Assembly (NCBI GenBank): GCA_002791275.1
Contig: PFWT01000009.1
Location: 8,797-72,796, forward strand
DNA length: 64,000 bases
Reading direction: 5' to 3'
Source: Candidatus Uhrbacteria bacterium CG_4_9_14_3_um_filter_41_35
GTDB taxonomy: Bacteria > Patescibacteriota > Patescibacteriia > UBA9934
Each line of letters starts with the position of its first letter. The first letter of the stretch is position 1. A program made the translations under genes and the position numbers. Under the pieces are notes generated by a model that saw nothing but the letters and a program-made list of their open reading frames with translations, did not search any database and was not told the origin of the DNA. Of the stretch, positions 39,505-48,864 are shown in pieces.

Positions 39505-39945
39505 TTAGATGTGCAGAGCTTTAATAATTCTGTCCATTTTTTCGTTTAACATTGCGATTTCTCGGCCAACATTTCCAGCGCCACCGCCACCAATTCGAGG
39601 AACTGATGCGTGATCTGGGTTTTGTGTTCGGTTAAATCTGCTTGTTCCTTTGTAGCCTTTTTCACCATTGCCGTCGGCTTCAAAACAAGCGCTACACTTT
39701 ACTGGCTTTGCACCAGTTGGTTTAAAAGGTACTCGACACTGAGCTCCACAGTCTGAACAAATGGCTTTGTGCATTTCTTTTTGAGCTCCGAAGTCGTAAG
39801 CACCACCTCGTCCGCCAGCTGATCGACCACCACTTGGGCGCCGTGCACCTGGTTTTGAACCTCCACTATTTCGACCACCGAACCCTGGTTTACCCCCTGA
39901 TTTTTTGTTGTTGAACATATTTTTACTTTGTAGACTGGTTATCAA
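39505..39945 (-). CDS. Gly/Arg-rich protein with central CxxC...CxxC zinc ribbon
   Basis: N-terminal GGKPGFGGRNSGGSKPGARRPSGGRSAGGRGG, ribbon CSDCGAQC...CSAC and GGGGAGNVGR. Lies immediately downstream of the DEAD-box helicase gene. Confidence 0.5.
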   Translation of the reverse strand: MITSLQSKNMFNNKKSGGKPGFGGRNSGGSKPGARRPSGGRSAGGRGGAYDFGAQKEMHKAICSDCGAQCRVPFKPTGAKPVKCSACFEADGNGEKGYKGTSRFNRTQNPDHASVPRIGGGGAGNVGREIAMLNEKMDRIIKALHI

Positions 39946-40010
39946 GTTGTTCAGTTGCTGAGCTGAATATTAGTTCAGCAACCTGCAACTTGAAAACTTA
40001 TTTATAATTA

Positions 40011-41456
40011 TTATCGGTCAGATGTACGTCTGCCGTACTTGTTTCGAGCTCCGCCAGTTCCTGACTTGCGAGCACCAAATCTTGGTGCACCTTGCCCGGC
40101 TGGTCGGCTACTTGAATTTCCACCGCTTGTTCTTCGATCTCCGGCTGGTCGCTCTGAAGTTCGAGCTCCACCTGAACGGTCGGCATTTCTACCGCCACCA
40201 CTTCTTCGGTGGCTTGGCTTATTTCGACCAGGTCCGCCTGATCGAGCACCTCGACCAAAACCTCGGTTTCCACCACTTCGGCGACTTCGAGGTTGATCAC
40301 CCGAAGTTGAGTTTTTAATTGGTTCAAGTGGCTGACCAGTGTAAGACCGAATTGGTAGTGTTATTTTAATCAGCTGTTGAATTTTGGCAATATCACCTTT
40401 TTGATCTGGGGCAGCAAATGAAATAGCTTTTCCATCTTTACCTGCTCGACCAGTTCGACCAATTCGGTGAACATAGTCATCTAACTGATCAGGTAGGTCG
40501 TAGTTAATTACGAGCTCAATATTATCAACGTCGATTCCTCGGGCTGCAATATCGGTAGCAACTAGAACTCTGTAGGTTCCGTTTGAGAAACCTTTAAGCG
40601 CGTGCTGTCTTTGCGCCTGTGATCGATTTGAGTGAATTTCGTCGGACTTAACCCCCATTTTTTTAAGAGTTTGCGCAATCTTTGCAGCTCCGTGCTTAGT
40701 TCGACTGAAAATTAGAACGGAACCAGTGTACTCCTTTAGAAGCCTTACAAGCAGTCCCATCTTTTCAGATTTTGGTGTAATGAAAACCTCTTGATCGATC
40801 TTATCTGCTGTTTGACCTGGGCGAGCGACTTCAACTCGAAGTGGCTTTTTCATATATTGTGCAGCAATGTTTGCAATTTCGGGTGGCATTGTTGCTGAAA
40901 ACAGCATTGTCTGGCGATCGTCCGGTACTGTTTCCAAGATTTGCTTTAGCTGTGGGGCAAATCCCATGTCCAGCATTCTGTCTGCCTCATCGAGAACTAG
41001 AATACCAACCTTTGTTAAGTTGGCATTTTTATGCTCAACGTGATCAATAAGTCGACCTGGTGTAGCCACAATAATGTGCGGTTTATTCTTTAACTGCTTA
41101 ATTTGTGGTCTTGGGTTAGTTCCACCAATCACAATCGCTGTCCGTAGTCCTACTGGACCTGCAACTTTTCGGAGAGTTTCCTCAACCTGGATAGCAAGTT
41201 CGCGAGTAGGGAGTAAGATTAGCCCAATTTTGTCTGATGAGGCTACTTTTTGTAATGTTGGGATGGCAAACGCTAATGTTTTTCCTGACCCGGTCTGTGC
41301 GATTCCGACAACGTCTTCACCTGAGGTGGCAATTGGAATTGCCTTGTACTGAATTGGCGTTGGGTGCACAAAACCGAGCTGAGTTAGTCGCTCGAGTAGT
41401 TCTGGCGCAATGCCTAGATTATTAAAATCCTGTTCCTTATATTCTTCTCTATTCAT
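40011..41456 (-). CDS. DEAD-box ATP-dependent RNA helicase with C-terminal RGG-rich tail
   Basis: Q motif, AQTGSGKT, DEAD (VLDEADRM), SAT, HRIGRTGRAG and about 100 aa of RGG/RSGG tail. Confidence 0.9.
   Translation of the reverse strand: MNREEYKEQDFNNLGIAPELLERLTQLGFVHPTPIQYKAIPIATSGEDVVGIAQTGSGKTLAFAIPTLQKVASSDKIGLILLPTRELAIQVEETLRKVAGPVGLRTAIVIGGTNPRPQIKQLKNKPHIIVATPGRLIDHVEHKNANLTKVGILVLDEADRMLDMGFAPQLKQILETVPDDRQTMLFSATMPPEIANIAAQYMKKPLRVEVARPGQTADKIDQEVFITPKSEKMGLLVRLLKEYTGSVLIFSRTKHGAAKIAQTLKKMGVKSDEIHSNRSQAQRQHALKGFSNGTYRVLVATDIAARGIDVDNIELVINYDLPDQLDDYVHRIGRTGRAGKDGKAISFAAPDQKGDIAKIQQLIKITLPIRSYTGQPLEPIKNSTSGDQPRSRRSGGNRGFGRGARSGGPGRNKPSHRRSGGGRNADRSGGARTSERPAGDRRTSGGNSSSRPAGQGAPRFGARKSGTGGARNKYGRRTSDR
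40042..40320 (-). repeat. Inverted-repeat partner (within the helicase CDS) of the 30205-30483 fragment
   Basis: 279 bp, with 1 mismatch to the reverse complement of 30205-30483. Confidence 0.85.
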
Positions 41457-41766
41457 AATTGTCTAAGGATAGCGGAAAATCTCGATTCTGTCAATGGTTG
41501 ACCATAAATATCCAATAATAGCCAGGATTCAGACAAAAAAGACTTAAATATGAAATAAAAGTAGAAAATAGATTAATAAATAATGAAGAAAATAGCTGCT
41601 AATATCAGAGTTGTCGCTCAATTAAAAAATAGTAAGTTAACCCTGATTTGAGGAGATTGAAGAAACAATATTAATATAATTCACAATTAAAATCGAACTT
41701 TATCAAATGGTTGATCTTACGTATCCAAAATGGTGTGTTTTATGATTGCTGTGTTAAAATAGGTTT

Positions 41767-42504
41767 ATGTCAATCCTTAATATTTATAAAAAGCTGGGGC
41801 AAACGCCATTTGAGGCCTTGAGTGAACTCCGAAAATCTAACTTAGAATTCAAAGATAGCAAAATGGTCTATGCTGGTAGACTAGACCCGATGGCTGAAGG
41901 GGTGCTGATCGTACTGACTGACGAAGATCGATTCAAACTGGATGAGTACCTTGGTTTTGATAAAATTTACGAAGCAACTTTTTTGTTTGGCGCCGAAACC
42001 GACACATACGATACGCTTGGTTTAGTAAAGAAGCTTCACGATGATTTTTACAAAACTAATGAAGGGGAAGTTATTGATCAGCTTCAGAAACTTACTGGTA
42101 TTCATAGACTGCCATTTCCTGCTTACTCGTCTTATAAAGTCAAGGGTCAACCATTGCATGTGTGGGCAAGAGAGGGGCGACTTCACGAGATCGAAATTCC
42201 AATTAAGGAGATGGAGGTTTTGTCTGTTTCCGGCGTGACTACTTCACTCATTTTATCTGAAGAATTACTGAGTCAGATTGAAGACCGCGTTTCTAAAGTT
42301 GCTGGTAATTTTAGGCAGACCACAACTGTTGAAAAGTGGCGTGAAGTCTTGTCAAAAGACGCAAAATTTCTTATTGCTTCAATGACCCTGCACGTTACAA
42401 GCGGAACTTACATTCGCTCACTAGCTCATGAGCTTGGTCAGAAGCTTGGAGGTGGAGCGATACTACTCGAACTTAAACGGACTCAGGTTGTAGGTGTGAA
42501 ATAA
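41767..42504 (+). CDS. truB: TruB-family tRNA pseudouridine synthase
   Basis: Catalytic-Asp motif YAGRLDPMAEGVLIV and N-terminal KKLGQTPFEALSELRK typical of TruB. Confidence 0.65.
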   Translation: MSILNIYKKLGQTPFEALSELRKSNLEFKDSKMVYAGRLDPMAEGVLIVLTDEDRFKLDEYLGFDKIYEATFLFGAETDTYDTLGLVKKLHDDFYKTNEGEVIDQLQKLTGIHRLPFPAYSSYKVKGQPLHVWAREGRLHEIEIPIKEMEVLSVSGVTTSLILSEELLSQIEDRVSKVAGNFRQTTTVEKWREVLSKDAKFLIASMTLHVTSGTYIRSLAHELGQKLGGGAILLELKRTQVVGVK

Positions 42505-42521
42505 TATTTAAAATTTTTGAG

Positions 42522-43610
42522 ATGACAATTTACAAAACTCTTAGAAATTTTGCAGAAAAATACGAACGCGTTCTGTTGCCAGGTACGCTAATTTTAGGTT
42601 TAATTGTCGATGTTTTTACATTCAGATCTATTAGTATTAAAAGCGCCTTCATTTTGCTGGCACTACACGCAATTTCGGTTGGCTTCATGATTGCTTTTAT
42701 AAATATTTTTGATCTGAAGCCAAGAGAAAACCGTAAAGGTATTCTAAGATATTTAAGAATAGCTGGTCCGTTTTTAATACAGTTCGATTTTGGGGCGCTA
42801 CTTAGTGCAACTCTGATATTTTATTGGTTTAGTGGCTCAATCGCGGTTAGTTGGCCATTTATTATTATCGTTGCTGTTTTAATGGCATCAAACGATGTGT
42901 TGCGCCATCATTTTACAAAACCAGCTGTTCAATTAAGTGTATATTTCTTTGTTCTATTTTCTTTATTCTCAATCACTTTACCTTTCATTTTTAACTCAAT
43001 CTCCGTCTGGTTATTTATTTTAAGTTCAGTTTTAAGTTCGTTATTTATAGCGATTTACGCACAAGTGCTGGCAAAATACGTGCCTGAGGTTAAAAGCCGT
43101 TTACCGGTTATTACTTCGGTTATAATGACTATAATCTTAGTATTGAACACCTTTTATTTCTTGAATTTTATCCCACCAGTTCCACTTTCTTTAAGAGAAG
43201 TAGGGGTTTACCATAATGTGGAACGAACTGGTGGCGATTACAAAGTGCTGACTGAAAAAGAGTCGTTTATAAACAAAATTTTACCCGGGCGAGTTATTTT
43301 AATTATGCCAGGAGAAAGAGTATATTTTTACACCTCAATATTTGCGCCAGCAGATTTAAATACGGAGATAACCCACAATTGGCAATTTTATAATACTGAA
43401 ACGAAAAAATGGGAGGATAGGAATCAACTTTCTTTTACAGTCACTGGCGGTCGACAAGAGGGTTATCGCGGGTTTTCTTACAAAACAAATACAGAAGCTG
43501 GTGCTTGGCGAGTGAGTGTGGAAACAAAACGTGGGCAAGTACTTGGACAAATCAATTTTAAAATCGGTTACGTGAATGATTTGCCAGAATTAATTACTGA
43601 ATTTAAATAG
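42522..43610 (+). CDS. Hypothetical polytopic membrane protein with soluble C-terminal domain
   Basis: About 7 TM helices followed by a roughly 150-aa domain. Confidence 0.4.
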   Translation: MTIYKTLRNFAEKYERVLLPGTLILGLIVDVFTFRSISIKSAFILLALHAISVGFMIAFINIFDLKPRENRKGILRYLRIAGPFLIQFDFGALLSATLIFYWFSGSIAVSWPFIIIVAVLMASNDVLRHHFTKPAVQLSVYFFVLFSLFSITLPFIFNSISVWLFILSSVLSSLFIAIYAQVLAKYVPEVKSRLPVITSVIMTIILVLNTFYFLNFIPPVPLSLREVGVYHNVERTGGDYKVLTEKESFINKILPGRVILIMPGERVYFYTSIFAPADLNTEITHNWQFYNTETKKWEDRNQLSFTVTGGRQEGYRGFSYKTNTEAGAWRVSVETKRGQVLGQINFKIGYVNDLPELITEFK

Positions 43611-43713
43611 TTTTCCGATTGTAGGGTATTTTCTATCGAAGTGCATATATTATATTGTTTTCAGATTTCTTCTGGTATAATTTAGATATTGGTTCAAAGT
43701 CAATTTTAGACTC

Positions 43714-45114
43714 ATGAAAAGTCTGACTAAAAAAAATAAAATAAGAATTACAAAAAGATTTATTAAAGCATATTTAATAATATCTTTGGTTTTAGTTTTT
43801 AGTTTTTCAACGGCTGTCTACTTTATTTTTTCAAATATTATTTTGCAAGATGTTCGAACAACAGCTAAAAATACAGCTAAAGTTATTGCAGAAGAAGTAA
43901 ATTTTATAGGGCACGAAAATTTGCAGAATTTGAACAACGAAACTGATCCGAACTATATTCGAATATTCAACGAATTAAACACGGCGCAACGCTTGAACCA
44001 TGATATTGAATATATTTACACAATGAGACCACGAATAAATGGTAAGTGGGAGTTCGTTGTTGATGCGACAATTGAGGTTGATTCAAACAAAAATGGTGTC
44101 ATTGATCCTGAAGAAGCAAAGGCTAATATTGGAGATATTTACGATATTTCCTGCTGTGAAGAGATTCCGAAAGGTTTAATAGAACCAACTGCGGATAAAA
44201 AAGTAACCATTGATGATTGGGGAAGCTGGATTTCAGGTTATGCGCCAATTACAAACAATAAAGGCCAAGTGATTGGTATTGTTGGCGTGGATATTTCAGC
44301 AGATACAATGTTTAGTAATTTACAGGCTCTACGCGTAATGATGCTAATAGTCATTGCAATTACTTTGTTTATTGCTGGTTTGTTTGGTTTTGTTGTTTAC
44401 TATTTACTTAAAAAAGAATCAGAAATAATTCAAGACGGTTTGCAAACAAAAAACTACGAACTTGAGGAAAAAATTAACGAAAGAAGTAAAGAATTGGCAG
44501 AATACAACACCTCTTTATCAAAACAGCTTATTCAGTGCGCTACCATAATAGACGATAACCGTGACGCTATAAAAGTTGGGGGTATTCAGGACCCAAATCA
44601 GGTTGATTTAATTTTGATTAATATCTTCAAGGACACTGAGCTTTTCAAAACTGTTGGTGAAATTAGAAGTAGAAAATTAACTATCGACAGGCAGTTAACG
44701 GATTTTGATTTAATGATGAAGTTTGTTTTCCTTTCTTTTAAGGAAAAACTTGCGGAAAAAAATATTAAGCTGGTTACTAACATTGCAAACTGGGTCGGAG
44801 TATTTAATTTTGACAAGAGGAAAATTGAAAATATAGTTTCAATGATGCTCGAGGAAGCAATTTTAAGAGAAGGTACGACCGAAATTACAGTTAATGCAGA
44901 GGTGGATACGGATTCTGAAACAGTCAAACTTGAGGTTATAGATAACGGCAATATGATCGTTATAGGTGCACTAGACGACAAGGAAGTTATAAAAAATAAA
45001 ATGAACGACATTATTAAGCAGGGGATTGTTGAATTGCACGGGGGTGAATTTGGTCAGGAGATGTTAGGAAAGAACAAAAATGTGGAGTGGTTACGTTTAC
45101 CGCAAGACTTTTAG
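43714..45114 (+). CDS. Membrane sensor protein: Cache-like extracytoplasmic domain between two TM helices, coiled coil, HATPase_c-like C-terminus without clear H-box
   Basis: TM1 at residues about 18-40. Cache-like motifs (YIYTMRPRINGKWEFVVD, WISGYAPITNNKGQVIGIVGVDIS). TM2. C-terminal N-box/G-box-like VIDNGNMIV, GGEFGQ. Confidence 0.45.
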   Translation: MKSLTKKNKIRITKRFIKAYLIISLVLVFSFSTAVYFIFSNIILQDVRTTAKNTAKVIAEEVNFIGHENLQNLNNETDPNYIRIFNELNTAQRLNHDIEYIYTMRPRINGKWEFVVDATIEVDSNKNGVIDPEEAKANIGDIYDISCCEEIPKGLIEPTADKKVTIDDWGSWISGYAPITNNKGQVIGIVGVDISADTMFSNLQALRVMMLIVIAITLFIAGLFGFVVYYLLKKESEIIQDGLQTKNYELEEKINERSKELAEYNTSLSKQLIQCATIIDDNRDAIKVGGIQDPNQVDLILINIFKDTELFKTVGEIRSRKLTIDRQLTDFDLMMKFVFLSFKEKLAEKNIKLVTNIANWVGVFNFDKRKIENIVSMMLEEAILREGTTEITVNAEVDTDSETVKLEVIDNGNMIVIGALDDKEVIKNKMNDIIKQGIVELHGGEFGQEMLGKNKNVEWLRLPQDF

Positions 45115-45147
45115 ATTAATAGCTGGATTGGGGTGTAACTGTGAATT

Positions 45148-45600
45148 ATGTTAATTAAGTTGTTAAAAAATCCTCGAGTTCAGCATCACGGGAATAGATT
45201 TGCTAAATTTGTTACGGTTGGCCTTGTATCAGCTTGTTTTGATTTGGGCATTCTAACTTTTTTAGTTGAGGTTTTTTCTTTTAATCTCTATTTTGCAAAC
45301 AGTATTTCTTTTTTTGTTGCGGTTAATGTTAGTTACAACTTGAATAAAAACTGGACTTTTAACAGTGTAAGTACATCAAAGCCTCGGCAAATCTATAAAT
45401 TTTTCACGATTGCGATTATTGGTTTTATGTTTAACCAAACCTCACTGTTTATTCTGACAAATTTGGGTATTTGGTACGTTTTTGCTAAGATAATGATGGT
45501 TAGCATGGTAGCTATTTGGAACTATTCAGCAAATTATTTATGGACTTTTAGCACTCGAGAAAAATATGAAAAAACTATCCATAATAATTCCAGTTTTTAA
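45148..45600 (+). CDS. GtrA-family membrane protein
   Basis: Four TM helices and the GtrA-like N-terminal KFVTVGLVSACFDLGILTFLVE. Confidence 0.65.
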   Translation: MLIKLLKNPRVQHHGNRFAKFVTVGLVSACFDLGILTFLVEVFSFNLYFANSISFFVAVNVSYNLNKNWTFNSVSTSKPRQIYKFFTIAIIGFMFNQTSLFILTNLGIWYVFAKIMMVSMVAIWNYSANYLWTFSTREKYEKTIHNNSSF

Positions 45601-46243
45601 CGAGGAATCGACGATTTTGGGCATTCTTAATAAGATTGAGGATGTGGATTTGGGTATTAAAAAAGAGATCATTTTTGTAGACGATGCCTCAACCGATGGT
45701 AGTGCTGAAATATTAAAATCAATTAGTTCAAAGTACAAAGTGATTTTCAAAATACATAATACCGGCAAGGGTTCTGCTATTCGCTCTGGCTTAGAGGCTG
45801 TGACTGGTGATTATGTGATAATTCAAGATGCTGACCTTGAATATGATCCGAATGATTATAAAAAATTACTAAATGTAGTAAATGCTGACCACGAGGTGGT
45901 TTACGGTTCGCGAAATCTAGAAAAAAACCTTCGAATAAATAATAAATATTATTGGGGTGGTCGGTTGATTACTTTTTTCACTAACTTACTTTACGGCAGT
46001 AGCTTAACGGACGTAAATACCTGTTATAAACTGTTTTCAACAGATTTACTTCGCTCGCTCGAGCTCGAACAGGATCGGTTTTCATTTTGTGAAGAATCAA
46101 CAGCTAAAGTATTAAAGAAAAACAAAACAATTATTGAAGTTCCGATCCAATATTATCCTCGGCACTTTTCTGAAGGAAAAAAAATTAGAGCAAAGGATGG
46201 ACTTATAGCAATATATACACTACTCAAATATCGGATTTTATGA
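45566..46243 (+). CDS. GT2 polyprenol-phosphate glycosyltransferase (Dpm1/GtrB-like)
   Basis: LSIIIPVFNEES, FVDDASTDGS and the DAD-containing IIQDADLEYDP. Confidence 0.8.
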   Translation: MKKLSIIIPVFNEESTILGILNKIEDVDLGIKKEIIFVDDASTDGSAEILKSISSKYKVIFKIHNTGKGSAIRSGLEAVTGDYVIIQDADLEYDPNDYKKLLNVVNADHEVVYGSRNLEKNLRINNKYYWGGRLITFFTNLLYGSSLTDVNTCYKLFSTDLLRSLELEQDRFSFCEESTAKVLKKNKTIIEVPIQYYPRHFSEGKKIRAKDGLIAIYTLLKYRIL

Positions 46244-47787
46244 TTACTTTTGAAAAAATTATCAATCAGTTCAGCAGTAAAATAACACGAAAACTTCAAA
46301 AAAAATTGTTCACCGGTTTGGTATTAGCTAGTGTCGTTGTACTGCACATCTTCCTCATTACGCAAAATATTTCAGATCTATTTTTAAGATACAATGAAGA
46401 TAACAACGCACTTTACTCAATCGCAGCGCAGAATTTGGTCAGCGACGGCGCCCTCCACTTAAAGTTTGGTTTAGTAACCGGAAAAATTATCGAAGGAGCG
46501 GAACTGCAGTACTATACACATCACCCAAGTTTTTTTGTTTTACCAACCGCGCTAGTGTACGCAATTTTTGGTGTAAGTGAACTCACAACTCGTTTAGCAC
46601 CGATTATTTTTTCTGTGATGTCGGTTGTCCTAATGTTTTTACTGGTACTTGAAACTCGAAAAAAACTTTTGCTCGCTTTTTTTGCTGGTTTTGTAATGGC
46701 TACGGCTCCAGCCCTGGCGTTTTATGGCAAGATGCTTGACCCTGAAATATTCGTAATCTTTTTTTCGCTCCTTTCAATCTATTTATTCTACTTAAGAAAA
46801 CGGATTGAAAATCAATATCTCAGCTACGCGTTACTCGGCGTAATTTTACTTGGCACGACCATGGGTTGGCATTTTTATTTCACTGGATTTGTGATTTGGC
46901 TAGCTATTATCAGTGAAAAACAATACCCCAACCGCAAATTGTTCACGTTTGGACTACCGCTTCTAGTGCTTGTTACGGTTACTTTACAGGTTGGCCAGTT
47001 TTGGTTGTTAGGTGGAGAGAGTGGCGTTGCGGGATTTTTAGATGCTGGTGCTCTTAGAACCGAAGGGGTTGCCTGGTCAGTATGGTCCCGTAAAATGCTC
47101 ACGATTGGTCAATATGAGTATTCGGCTGTTGCAATCTTTGTTGCGTCTGCTTGGGCGATATTTTCAGCCTCACTATCAATTAAGCGCCGAGAATTTAGCA
47201 TATCTGCAATACTCCTCTTAATACCTCTACTTATAATGGTGATCTTTAGAGAATGGATGATGCACTTTTACTCACTAATGTACTTCGCGCCCTTTATCGC
47301 ACTAGCTTTAGCGGAGGTACTGAATATTTCATACGAAGTGTTAAAGAAGATCTCGGGTTCTAAACTAATTGCAGGACTAGTCGTGTTCTATCTTCTGCTT
47401 GGTCAGTATTTTTTCACGACTCAAGCCTTGGCTTTCTTTAAAACAGCTTTTTCAGTAGACGAAAGTACTGTGGAAACTCTCAAGTCTCTAAAATCTGCAA
47501 AAACTCAGGATATAATTTGCTACGGAGAGAGTAGCTCTGGGCAAGTAGTTGATGCGATTTATGGATTTTATTTAGATGCGAGAATGTACAATTTTAAGAA
47601 TTGTGTAAATGAAAATAAAGCAAATTTAGCAGTGATAGGAAATCCGCAAATTAGTAATTTTGAAAACAGGGTCTATGAAGAATACCAGAAAATAGGTTAT
47701 ACTATGTTAGGGTGCGGAGGAAAAATATGTGTGCTTGGCTTAACTCCGCTTGAGACACTTCAAAATAATCAAGAAAATGAACAATAA
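46240..47787 (+). CDS. GT-C family membrane glycosyltransferase (ArnT/PMT-like)
   Basis: More than 10 TM helices. N-terminal loop motif YSIAAQNLVSDG...ELTTRLAPIIFSV typical of ArnT/PMT_2. Translationally coupled to the upstream GT2. Confidence 0.6.
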   Translation: MITFEKIINQFSSKITRKLQKKLFTGLVLASVVVLHIFLITQNISDLFLRYNEDNNALYSIAAQNLVSDGALHLKFGLVTGKIIEGAELQYYTHHPSFFVLPTALVYAIFGVSELTTRLAPIIFSVMSVVLMFLLVLETRKKLLLAFFAGFVMATAPALAFYGKMLDPEIFVIFFSLLSIYLFYLRKRIENQYLSYALLGVILLGTTMGWHFYFTGFVIWLAIISEKQYPNRKLFTFGLPLLVLVTVTLQVGQFWLLGGESGVAGFLDAGALRTEGVAWSVWSRKMLTIGQYEYSAVAIFVASAWAIFSASLSIKRREFSISAILLLIPLLIMVIFREWMMHFYSLMYFAPFIALALAEVLNISYEVLKKISGSKLIAGLVVFYLLLGQYFFTTQALAFFKTAFSVDESTVETLKSLKSAKTQDIICYGESSSGQVVDAIYGFYLDARMYNFKNCVNENKANLAVIGNPQISNFENRVYEEYQKIGYTMLGCGGKICVLGLTPLETLQNNQENEQ

Positions 47788-48628
47788 AATTGCAATAATC
47801 GGTGAGGGAGGCGGTATGCGTAACGCAATTACGGCGGGTTTTATTGTTGGAACAGGTTTAAATCCGTCAGATGTTGACGCTTATTATGGCACGTCATCAG
47901 CAATTGGAAATGGCCTTTACTTTGCAACCGGTCAATCGGATCACGCGCTTGAAATGTGGGTTCATAAACTTACCACAACCGAGGTTATGGACTACAAAAA
48001 CGCTTTTCGGGGCAGATATATGGCGGATATTGATCATATGGTCGATAACGTCTGCTCCTCGCTCGATGTTGAAAAATTACAACATTCAAAAATGAAAATT
48101 GTGGCTAGTGTTGTAAAAAAACAAAGTGGCGAAATTGAATATTTAGAATTGAGTGATCATAATTTTAGAAATGTTTTCAAAGCAACCTGTTCGATTCCGT
48201 ACATCTCACGACCGATTATAATTGATGAAAACGAATATGTAGACGGCGGCATTGGTGATAATTTCGTGATCTTGAAGGCATACGAAGATGGTTATCGGAA
48301 TTTCATAGTCCTTAATAATCAGCCAAAAATTGTTGGTTATACAGCGGAATTTGCTAAAGCAGTGGTGGATAAAATGTCTGAAAAAGGGATGCGAAACGCT
48401 ATGAAACTCCTTATAAAAAATTACGAAACCGCCTGGGAGTTTACGCAGAACCCACCAGAGGGCGTTAATATTTATCAGTTTGTGCCAACGCACAGTCAAA
48501 CGATTTCAAAGTTTGAGCGTGATCCGGATAAGGTAAAAAGTATTTATCTGCAAGGAGTTGGTCTTGGTAAACTAGCGGAAAAAGAGGTAGCTGAATTTAT
48601 TCAACAAGCAAAAATGTCTCAGAATTAA
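47777..48628 (+). CDS. Patatin-like phospholipase
   Basis: GGGMRNAITAG (GxGxxG), nucleophile elbow GTSSA and catalytic-Asp motif VDGGIGDN. Confidence 0.7.
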   Translation: MNNKIAIIGEGGGMRNAITAGFIVGTGLNPSDVDAYYGTSSAIGNGLYFATGQSDHALEMWVHKLTTTEVMDYKNAFRGRYMADIDHMVDNVCSSLDVEKLQHSKMKIVASVVKKQSGEIEYLELSDHNFRNVFKATCSIPYISRPIIIDENEYVDGGIGDNFVILKAYEDGYRNFIVLNNQPKIVGYTAEFAKAVVDKMSEKGMRNAMKLLIKNYETAWEFTQNPPEGVNIYQFVPTHSQTISKFERDPDKVKSIYLQGVGLGKLAEKEVAEFIQQAKMSQN

Positions 48629-48864
48629 TTCTGAGACATTTTCACAACTTCTTCGAGTCTACGGTCTAAATCATCGCTTCCGCCGATGAAAACATCGCCA
48701 ACAAATATTTGTGGCACAGTCATATGGCCACTTCTAGCTTTAAGTTCATCAAATTCTTCTGAAGACGTTAGTACGTGCTCTTCATACTTTAGACCAGCGT
48801 TTTCAAGGGTCATTTTTGCTTTTGTGCAGTACGGACAGTGACTTTTTGTGTAAATTTTGATCAT
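48625..48864 (-). CDS. Glutaredoxin
   Basis: CPYC active site, 79 aa, the TVPQIF motif and the GG/DD motif. Confidence 0.75.
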   Translation of the reverse strand: MIKIYTKSHCPYCTKAKMTLENAGLKYEEHVLTSSEEFDELKARSGHMTVPQIFVGDVFIGGSDDLDRRLEEVVKMSQN

